A DNA stretch of 64,000 bases from Spirochaetia bacterium (GTDB lineage: Bacteria; Spirochaetota; Leptospiria; Turneriellales; JAOUOS01): positions 19,485 through 83,484 of the forward strand of contig JAOUOT010000001.1 of assembly GCA_029880265.1 (NCBI GenBank), in the 5' to 3' direction. Of this stretch, positions 57,901 to 64,000 are shown piece after piece. The notes below the pieces were generated by a model. That model saw nothing but the letters and a program-made list of their open reading frames with translations. It did no database searches and had not been told where the DNA came from. A program made the translations under genes and the position numbers. Each line of letters opens with the position of its first letter. Position 1 is the stretch's first letter.

Positions 57901-58867
57901 ACTCGTCTTTTTTCTCGATAAGAAATCTCGAATCGTTTCTCATTCTGTAATCGTCGCATACAAAATACGATTCGCCCGTATTTTCAAGGCCTTCTTCTTT
58001 CCATCGTTTGTCGGCTGTCATAATTTTATTGATTTCATCAATTGATAATTGAAAAATCAGTATGCCGATTATTTTCTCGTTTTCTTTTATCGGCGAAGCG
58101 ATAAAGGCGGCAGGTCTGTTATAAGAAGGCTCATACTGATCAAAATCTATATAATAAAAATCTTTAGCGATAGGCTCTGATTTTATTTTGTTAAAAAGTT
58201 TTCCGATGCTTTGAAACTTAAAGGGCCCGTTTACCAGGCTTGTCGCAAAATCAATCTCTTTGAAAACGCTGTATACTATATTTCCGGTTTGATAGTCTAT
58301 CAAAAAAACGTCATAATAACCCCTTTCTTTAATAAACTTTCTAAAATAAGGATGAAATCGTTCATGTGCCACATCATAATAACTTTTATTCTTTGGCGCA
58401 ACTAATTTATCTTTTTCTCCCGCAGGATGACGGTTTTCAGATATATACCTGTTTTGCAGAAAATAGACGGCTCCTGTTTGCGGCTTATAAAAGTCAAAAG
58501 GTTTTATTTTATCTTCGCTATTTTCAGCCTTTATCTTAGTAAAGAAATTCTCTTCAAAATATGCTTTAAGACTTTCTTCGTTTTTTTTATTGATATGAAT
58601 ATTCTTATCGCTTAAAAGATAGCCTTTATTAAATTCCCGCAATGCGGCCGCCGTAGCTTCGCTTAAAGCCAGCGTTTTTATTTCGCTTTTTTTGTCATCA
58701 AAATACAATTTAAGACTTATTTTTTTATTTTCTTTTATAGAAGTCAGTTTATTGAAAATTTCTTTTGAAATTCGATCTTTTCCTATAAAATAACCGATAA
58801 TTCCCGTAGATAACACCGCTAAGATAGCCAAAGCAAACATCGAAATAAACAATTTTTTCTTAATCAT
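54953..58867 (-). CDS. Membrane sensor with periplasmic Cache-like domain, HAMP, PAS repeats, GGDEF diguanylate cyclase and EAL phosphodiesterase domains
   Basis: Two TMs. RFGGDEFAFVL (GGDEF). EALIRW, DDFGTGYSSL and QGYLFS (EAL) motifs. Confidence 0.85.
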   Translation of the reverse strand: MIKKKLFISMFALAILAVLSTGIIGYFIGKDRISKEIFNKLTSIKENKKISLKLYFDDKKSEIKTLALSEATAAALREFNKGYLLSDKNIHINKKNEESLKAYFEENFFTKIKAENSEDKIKPFDFYKPQTGAVYFLQNRYISENRHPAGEKDKLVAPKNKSYYDVAHERFHPYFRKFIKERGYYDVFLIDYQTGNIVYSVFKEIDFATSLVNGPFKFQSIGKLFNKIKSEPIAKDFYYIDFDQYEPSYNRPAAFIASPIKENEKIIGILIFQLSIDEINKIMTADKRWKEEGLENTGESYFVCDDYRMRNDSRFLIEKKDEYFKSLDQFILLKNIRDNIKNFNTTILFQPAAGRHVKMAMQGQSGQGIFEDYRKESVLASYGPVELYDKNCAIISKVDLYEAFSPINDFRNWILIISLFLFIPAFITALYFSKKISYPIMKLAEGIKYLSKGEKPEKIQINSKDEIEYLAESYNELIDKLEKTTVSRDYMNEILTSLSDILIIVSLIQKNGGYETRIKKVNISAENILEYSENELTGKSADIIFLNNSENYIFSKSKIEELFDFGYLSADERVLRKKNKEKVPVLLSATLIKDQSSEEIHVICVAQDLSVFKKTQKALEKSQDFLKRAQRIGHLGSWEWDMVENNLSWSDEVYRIFGVEPQSFGATYEAFLNYVHPDDRDMVTNGVNVAIKNHDAYKVNHRVVRSDGSIRIVLEMGEVYYENDNPVKMIGTVHDITDIKQTENELLAAKEVFNNSIEGVMVTDEKGNIEYVNKAFTDITGYKPEEAIGQTPALLRADDQDEKIFSEMWSRLEKERKWEGEIWNRKKSGEAYPQWLTISAFQDAFGKTNRYIGIFHDLTEIKKKEEEAVYHSSHDPLTKLANKHLLTDRLEQSIKQNDKNHLIGVAFVGIDRFKNINDSFGHSAGDKLLKEISEKLRKVINENDIISRFGGDEFAFVLRDKKNLAEIINSLHLISSAFSQAFNISDKKLYITASIGASVFPNDGKNANELLTRANTAMSRAKKSGDKKILMYTETMNTVNIKRLELETEIRKAIANNEFVPFYQPKLNIKTGKITGAEALIRWIHPEKGIISPGEFIPIAEETGMISAMGEIVLNKTCEDVRRLTDLGYKDISIAVNLAAAQLFDSQIIEKIKSVIEKNKIKPEQLGIELTETSLMNDMQNAINIMNKLKEMNITIYIDDFGTGYSSLNYLKQFPITALKIDQSFVKNMLEHPEDASIVSAVISMGHNLGLKVIAEGVETEDELQFLQESKCDEMQGYLFSPPVKKEDFIEMLKSGRSIKESVY

Positions 58868-59030
58868 TGTATTGTTACAGTATACAACAAATCTAATTTC
58901 ATGGCATGAAAAAAATTAACGCCAAAAAGAAATTTTACTTTACGATTGCCGCCTTCTGCGCCAGAAGGGTTTAATTAAATATGCCTCAAAATATTAATTT
59001 TAGCCTTTTTCCCTATTATGAAGTATACCG

Positions 59031-61262
59031 ATGAGTTTTTTAGAAGAAATATTTGAAAACCTGAATGAACCCCAGAAAGAGGCCGTTGAGCATACCGAGG
59101 GCCCGCTGCTTATTTTTGCGGGCGCGGGCAGCGGCAAAACCAGAACTATAGTTCACCGCATTGCTTACCTTCTGCATGAGAAAAAAGCGGCGCCCTATAA
59201 AATTATCGCCGTTACTTTTACCAATAAATCGGCGCAAGAAATGCTTGAGAGAACATTGTCTCTAGCGGGGCCTATAGCCGCCGACTGTATTATTCGCACC
59301 TATCACTCGCTTGGTCTATATTTTTTAAGAAAATACGCCCATATCATAAATTACCCTTCAGGGTTTACCATTTGGGACGAATCAGATCAAAAAGGAGCCA
59401 TCGAATCTATTTTAAATAATTCTTTTGGCGATAAATATAATAAAACGCAGGTCAGGTATTTTATTCAAACAATCTCGTCTTTTAAAGATATGCTGATACC
59501 CCCCGATCGTCTAGCCGATGAAATTGATCTTGAAGCGTATGAATTTTCAGAAATATTGCCCGAACTTTATCATTTATACGAAGAAAAGAAAAAAAATTCG
59601 CTTGCTGTTGATTTTGCCGACTTAATTTATCTTCCGGTTAAAATATTTCGTGAAAATGCCGATGCGCTCGACGAGGTACAAAATCGATATCAATATTTTT
59701 TAGTCGACGAGTATCAAGATACCAATCACGCGCAGTATACGATGATACAGCTTTTAGCGGCGAAAAGCAGAAATCTCTGCGTAGTGGGCGACGACGATCA
59801 GGCTATTTACGGATGGCGAGGGGCCGACGTTACAAATATTCTTGAATTTTCTTCAGATTTTTCTGACGCTAAAATTATTAAGCTTGAGCAAAACTACCGC
59901 TCTTCACAGCCGATTTTAGATTTAGCAAACTGCATAATTGAAAAAAATCACGACCGAATGCCCAAAAAACTATGGACCGCGCGAAAAGAGGGGGTCACGC
60001 CCCAATTAAAGCTTCTTAAAGGCGACTATGAAGAAGCCGAATCGGTTGCGCGTCTGGTTGACTCTGCAAGAGCGAATATATCCGCAGACGAAATTGCCAT
60101 ATTATACCGAACCAATTCGCAGTCAAGATTGTTTGAAGAAAAATTGCTGGAAAGAAATATTCCCTACAGAATTTTCGGGGGCCTGTCTTTTTTCTCTCGT
60201 AAAGAGATTAAAGACGTTATTTCTTATTTAAAATTTATGGTAAACTCTTTTGACGACGCTTCTTTTATGAGAATTATAAATACGCCCTCGCGCGGAATCG
60301 GCGAAAAATCTGTTGAAAAAATATTAGAATACCGCGCCGAGCTTAATAAAAAATTAAACAGGCAGGCCGATTATTTTGAAGTTTTAAAAAATGTATCTGA
60401 AATATCGCTTAGCAAAAAAGCCGCCGAAGAAATAAAAAAGTTTTACGACTCGATTTTTGAATTAAGCAATCGCGCCAAAGGCATTATTGATTTCGGATTT
60501 CTTTTAGAAGATTTGCTTGAGAAAAGCGGCATTCGAGCCGCCATTGAAGAAGAAGACAGGCTGTTAGGAACAAGCCGTTCTGAAAATCTCGAAGAATTAA
60601 GAAATTCGATGCTTCACTTTCAGCAAACAAATAAAAACGCGCTGCTTTCTGATTATCTGCAAAATATCAGCTTATATACATCGGCCGAAGATTCTACGGC
60701 TGATGATCAAAAGCCAAGCGTAAATCTTATGACGGTTCATAACGCTAAGGGCCTTGAGTTTGATACGGTTTTTGTAACCGGCATGGACGAAGATATCTTT
60801 CCTCATTATTTATCAAAAAGAGACGGAACGCCAGACGAAGAAAGAAGACTTTTTTATGTTGCGGTAACCAGAGCAAAAAATAAATTATATTTAACGAGGG
60901 CCAGAACGCGATTTAAGACAGGCTATACCCAGACATCTGAGCCTTCGCAGTTTTTGCTTGAAATACCCGAGAACATGATTCATACAGAAGAAAGCCAATT
61001 CTCGACTTCAAAGCCATACCGGCAGAAAACATATAGCTTTCCTAACATGGTAAAAAGCGGCGATATAAAATCTGATAAAACTTCTTCGAATTCTAACGCC
61101 GCTTACAGACCTGGCGAAAAAGTTCTGCATCCCAATTTCGGAATGGGCAGGGTATTAAAATTAGAAGGTTCGGGAGAGGCTCAGAAAATTCACATTTTTT
61201 TTGAAGACAATAAATCGAGAAAATTTCTTTTAAAATACACAAGACTTGAAAAAATATCATAA
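59031..61262 (+). CDS. uvrD: UvrD/PcrA-family ATP-dependent DNA helicase
   Basis: Walker A GAGSGKT. Helicase motifs II (VDEYQDTN), III, V, VI. C-terminal UvrD Tudor-like tail. 743 aa. Confidence 0.9.
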   Translation: MSFLEEIFENLNEPQKEAVEHTEGPLLIFAGAGSGKTRTIVHRIAYLLHEKKAAPYKIIAVTFTNKSAQEMLERTLSLAGPIAADCIIRTYHSLGLYFLRKYAHIINYPSGFTIWDESDQKGAIESILNNSFGDKYNKTQVRYFIQTISSFKDMLIPPDRLADEIDLEAYEFSEILPELYHLYEEKKKNSLAVDFADLIYLPVKIFRENADALDEVQNRYQYFLVDEYQDTNHAQYTMIQLLAAKSRNLCVVGDDDQAIYGWRGADVTNILEFSSDFSDAKIIKLEQNYRSSQPILDLANCIIEKNHDRMPKKLWTARKEGVTPQLKLLKGDYEEAESVARLVDSARANISADEIAILYRTNSQSRLFEEKLLERNIPYRIFGGLSFFSRKEIKDVISYLKFMVNSFDDASFMRIINTPSRGIGEKSVEKILEYRAELNKKLNRQADYFEVLKNVSEISLSKKAAEEIKKFYDSIFELSNRAKGIIDFGFLLEDLLEKSGIRAAIEEEDRLLGTSRSENLEELRNSMLHFQQTNKNALLSDYLQNISLYTSAEDSTADDQKPSVNLMTVHNAKGLEFDTVFVTGMDEDIFPHYLSKRDGTPDEERRLFYVAVTRAKNKLYLTRARTRFKTGYTQTSEPSQFLLEIPENMIHTEESQFSTSKPYRQKTYSFPNMVKSGDIKSDKTSSNSNAAYRPGEKVLHPNFGMGRVLKLEGSGEAQKIHIFFEDNKSRKFLLKYTRLEKIS

Positions 61263-61271
61263 ACAGATGTC

Positions 61272-62681
61272 ATGAAAATTCATCGAATATTTTTTTTTGC
61301 TATTTTCTTCTTTTTCTTAAATAACGAGCCTTTTTTTGCGAAAGATAAAAACTCAAAAATAACTAAAGCGAAAATCTATGAAACTTCGCTGCCTTTTGTA
61401 CCGAAAACCGCTGGCAGTTTTTTTTCTGAAGATCATAACTCATACTATGCATTAGAAGATAAATTAATGATGATTCTTGACGAAAATTTTAAGATCAAAT
61501 CTTCTATAACTTTTTCTTCAGACGTATCGGCCTTTGACTTTGGCGACATTAATGGCGACAAGTTGGACGATCTTATAGAGCTTACCCCTAACGGAATTTA
61601 TGTTCGTTATCAGGTCAACCGATCAGTTTTCGGAAATCGAAAAAAACTGCCTATTAGAGAAAGGCTTTTTTCTCCGCACAACGCCATTGATATAGAAAGG
61701 CTTACTTTAGGCTATGATATCGATAATGATTCCGATTTTGACATAGTTGTTCCCGGAATAGGGCGTTTCTTTTATTATGAAAACGTAAAGCAAAAATGGG
61801 TTAAGCGAAAAGATCTGCCTTATGAATTTAAAAGCGTATTTTCTGACAGAATCTGGAAAAATTCTGACAGACGCTCTAATACAATCACGGCAAAGTCTTT
61901 TGTGCCGCGCTTATATTTTCAAGATTTTAATAATGACGGGGTTATAGACGCTTACTGCAGGGTAAAAGCAATGGTTTATTTTTACGCGAGCCAAAATAAT
62001 AACCCGTTTGAAAATATATCGGTAAGAGTTTATCCCGTTGAACTTGAAGACGTTTACGCTTCTTATTTTGAGGTTGCCGATCTCAATGACGACAAACAGC
62101 CCGATTTAATATTTTCAATAATTAAGGGTCTTGGCTTAAAGATAAGAACAGAAGTTTTTATTTTCTGGGGAGAAAACAATCTTCCGAATCCGAAAAACAA
62201 GATATTTTATGAACAACAAGGCGGATTTTTTGCGCCCTTGCTGGCAAAATTTAAATCAAAAAATATTTTAATCATGCCAACAATAGATCTCGGAGTAGGC
62301 TTTTTTATTAATTACATTGTTCGAAGAAAACTTTCAATCAGCGCAAAGTTTTTTTCTGTTTCAAAAAAAGAAATGCGTGAAGAAACAAGCGTTTCGCTTT
62401 CTTTCGACGTTGAGGGAAATTTGTTCCCGGGGTTTACGGTAGGCGATTACAATAATGATTCATACAGCGACTTTATTCTCGGGCAAACTCTAAACGAGCT
62501 TGAAATCTATAACGGAAACGACGATTTTGACGTAGACGCATGGCTTGAACTTTCGCTTCCCAGTTATGGCATATTGAAAACAATTCAAACTCCTCTAAAA
62601 AGAGACGAGCTTTTTATATATCTGCCCCAACTCATTAAAGAATATGACAGAAAAAAAATCTTTTTAGTAAGATTTGAATAA
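61272..62681 (+). CDS. Secreted FG-GAP/VCBS-like repeat protein
   Basis: Signal peptide. Repeated Dx(N/D)xDxxxD Ca-binding-like loops (DINGDKLDDL, DNDSDFDIVV, FNNDGVIDAY, LNDDKQPDLIF, YNNDSYSDFILG). Confidence 0.5.
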   Translation: MKIHRIFFFAIFFFFLNNEPFFAKDKNSKITKAKIYETSLPFVPKTAGSFFSEDHNSYYALEDKLMMILDENFKIKSSITFSSDVSAFDFGDINGDKLDDLIELTPNGIYVRYQVNRSVFGNRKKLPIRERLFSPHNAIDIERLTLGYDIDNDSDFDIVVPGIGRFFYYENVKQKWVKRKDLPYEFKSVFSDRIWKNSDRRSNTITAKSFVPRLYFQDFNNDGVIDAYCRVKAMVYFYASQNNNPFENISVRVYPVELEDVYASYFEVADLNDDKQPDLIFSIIKGLGLKIRTEVFIFWGENNLPNPKNKIFYEQQGGFFAPLLAKFKSKNILIMPTIDLGVGFFINYIVRRKLSISAKFFSVSKKEMREETSVSLSFDVEGNLFPGFTVGDYNNDSYSDFILGQTLNELEIYNGNDDFDVDAWLELSLPSYGILKTIQTPLKRDELFIYLPQLIKEYDRKKIFLVRFE

Positions 62682-62708
62682 AATTACGTAAAATATCCGC
62701 CATTTATT

Positions 62709-63224
62709 TCAGCCAAATAAATTATTCTTATGAAGAAGATTCAATATTTCTTCTTTCGACGGAAGAAAACTTAAATCAGAGGGAGCTAGAACATAATCTG
62801 CGACAGAAATTCTTTCGTCGGGAGGTCTGCCTACCCCTAAACGTATTCGATGAAAATTAGATCCGCATTTTTGAATAATATCTCTAAGGCCGTTATGCCC
62901 CTTATGACCGCCGTCAAATTTATACCGAAGTTCGCCTTCTTTTAATTCAACTTCGTCGTGAAAAACAACCGCGTCTTGAATATTTATTTTATAAAAACTT
63001 AACGCTTTTGAGACGGCGTCTCCCGATAAGTTCATAAATGTCTGCGGAAATATTATAATAATTTTTTCTTCATTATTTTGATAGACTGCAGTATATGAAA
63101 GTAATTTTCTATCTTCTTTATATTTTAGATCAGAAAATATATTTAAAAGCGCGTTAACGCCTGCGTTATGCCTTGTGCTGGCATATTTTTTGCCGGGATT
63201 TCCTAACCCTATAAATAAACGCAT
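62709..63224 (-). CDS. pth: Peptidyl-tRNA hydrolase
   Basis: N-terminal LFIGLGNPG...Y..TRHNAG signature; 171 aa. Confidence 0.9.
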   Translation of the reverse strand: MRLFIGLGNPGKKYASTRHNAGVNALLNIFSDLKYKEDRKLLSYTAVYQNNEEKIIIIFPQTFMNLSGDAVSKALSFYKINIQDAVVFHDEVELKEGELRYKFDGGHKGHNGLRDIIQKCGSNFHRIRLGVGRPPDERISVADYVLAPSDLSFLPSKEEILNLLHKNNLFG

Positions 63225-63242
63225 AATTTATATTTTTTTTTT

Positions 63243-63812
63243 TTGACAAGTTGTCAACATAAAGCATATCTTACATCTCTAATGAGAAGAAAAAGCGTTA
63301 ATACTATATTTAATTATCTGGCGTTTCTTTTTATTCTTATTATCGTTAATTGTTCAAGCGTAAAAACCATTGGTTTAAAATATGAGATAACCCTGCCTTA
63401 CAGGTATTATAAAGTAATTTCAAACCCTAAATTATCAAATAAAATAACGCCCGCTGCGGCCCCATGGGAAGAAGAAAACGATCAAAAACATATTGAAGAA
63501 ACAAGATTGTTCTTATTTTGCGAAGATAACGCTTTAGAAACAAGCTATGATTATCTTTTTAACGGCAAATACAAAGAAGTTATCGCGCTATTAGAATCAA
63601 AAATAGAATTTATTAAAGATAATGAAATCAGGGCCAAATACCTAAATAACGCGGCTATTGCTTATTTTTTTAATAAAGAAGAAGATAAAGCGCGAAATTA
63701 CTTTAATCAGGCGGGAATATATTCAGATTCAAAATATATCCTGCATAATTTTCGGATATTCAACAATACATTGTCGACACGTTTCGAAATCATTAAATAT
63801 GGAGACAATTAA
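63243..63812 (+). CDS. Hypothetical protein with TM/signal anchor and TPR-like C-terminus
   Basis: ORF. Hydrophobic segment FNYLAFLFILIIVNC. Confidence 0.4.
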   Translation: MTSCQHKAYLTSLMRRKSVNTIFNYLAFLFILIIVNCSSVKTIGLKYEITLPYRYYKVISNPKLSNKITPAAAPWEEENDQKHIEETRLFLFCEDNALETSYDYLFNGKYKEVIALLESKIEFIKDNEIRAKYLNNAAIAYFFNKEEDKARNYFNQAGIYSDSKYILHNFRIFNNTLSTRFEIIKYGDN

Positions 63813-63813
63813 C

Positions 63814-64000
63814 GTGTTATTAAAAGCATACAAAAAGATTATCATCGTTTTTATTTCTTTAAACACAATAACAGCATGCGCCATGCATGACCCTATTGAA
63901 GAAGATTATTATCAAAATAATGAAAATATTCTGGGTAATGAAAAACCGACAACGCCAATAATAAATCCGTTCGATTATAGCGCAGGAGACAGAGTAATAT
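63814..64000 (+). CDS. Partial CDS (3' end outside window): probable lipoprotein, GTG start
   Basis: VLLKAYKKIIIVFISLNTITAC-AMHD gives a signal peptide with lipobox ITAC. Begins 2 bp after the previous stop. Confidence 0.35.
   Translation, partial: MLLKAYKKIIIVFISLNTITACAMHDPIEEDYYQNNENILGNEKPTTPIINPFDYSAGDRVI

Noticed and set aside
58952-58968. 7-bp stem hairpin CCTTCTG-CGC-CAGAAGG in the GGDEF-EAL/uvrD divergent spacer
   Set aside because: Short stem, no convincing U-tract, and it lies upstream of both genes rather than downstream of one. Could be an operator, but evidence is minimal.
1-64000. CRISPR arrays, tRNA/rRNA genes, transposases/integrases, restriction-modification or toxin-antitoxin pairs
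   Set aside because: No repeat-spacer periodicity, no cloverleaf-compatible conserved tRNA motifs in spacers, no recombinase/DDE motifs. The two methyltransferases are small-molecule/protein class I SAM-MTases in a glycosyltransferase cluster, not DNA MTases.

Overview
Low-GC (eyeball estimate high-30s %), Shine-Dalgarno-using, Gram-negative chromosomal segment with many predicted lipoproteins. Several lipobox-like motifs have Asn or Ala at -1 (TNC, ANC, GAC), which is reminiscent of spirochaetal lipoproteins but is not diagnostic, so the taxon is left undetermined. No rRNA, tRNA, CRISPR array, integrase or transposase was recognised. Content in order: (1) the 3' end of a periplasmic nitrate reductase (nap) operon, with a NapH/NapG-like Fe-S protein tail, NapB and a NapF-like ferredoxin. 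(2) A small outer-membrane beta-barrel gene co-transcribed with a 9.2 kb gene for a 3073-aa lipoprotein built from hierarchical Ig-like tandem repeats. (3) A housekeeping and envelope block: lipoprotein, YhaM-like HD exoribonuclease, ECF sigma/anti-sigma pair, ThiI-like PP-loop protein, Der GTPase, ArsC/LMW-PTP, transglutaminase-like protein. (4) A glycan/envelope-modification cluster: GT4, Cys-rich mini-lipoprotein, M23 peptidase, GT2 and two SAM methyltransferases, followed by a receiver-adenylate cyclase. (5) Secreted hypotheticals, an outer-membrane barrel, a polyprenyl synthase, an SPFH-SHOCT protein and an orphan gcvPB. (6) A complete clade-II-type nitrous oxide reductase locus on the minus strand: fasciclin-domain protein, mono-heme cytochrome c, nosZ, nosB-like membrane protein, nosD, nosF, nosY, nosL, and a Maf/DUF115 glycosyltransferase-family gene. 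(7) dnaE; an unknown 263-aa protein plus Nudix hydrolase; a kinase-less two-component-propeller sensor-like protein coupled to a large membrane protein; a TPR protein; a Cache/PAS-GGDEF-EAL protein; uvrD/pcrA-type helicase; an FG-GAP-like protein; pth; a TPR-like protein. The most system-like notable item is the nos locus. It has Sec/lipoprotein-type NosZ, no nosR and no nosGH, a fasciclin-domain leader gene, a perfect 16-bp palindrome between nosZ and nosB, and a Maf-family gene fused to the operon tail, all in the same window as napGH-type genes. Other candidates for closer study are the giant repeat adhesin with its beta-barrel partner, the kinase-less sensor-propeller/membrane-protein pair, and the GT4/Cys-rich lipoprotein/M23/GT2/MTase cluster. 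All calls are from motif-level reading of the supplied translations; no database searches were run.
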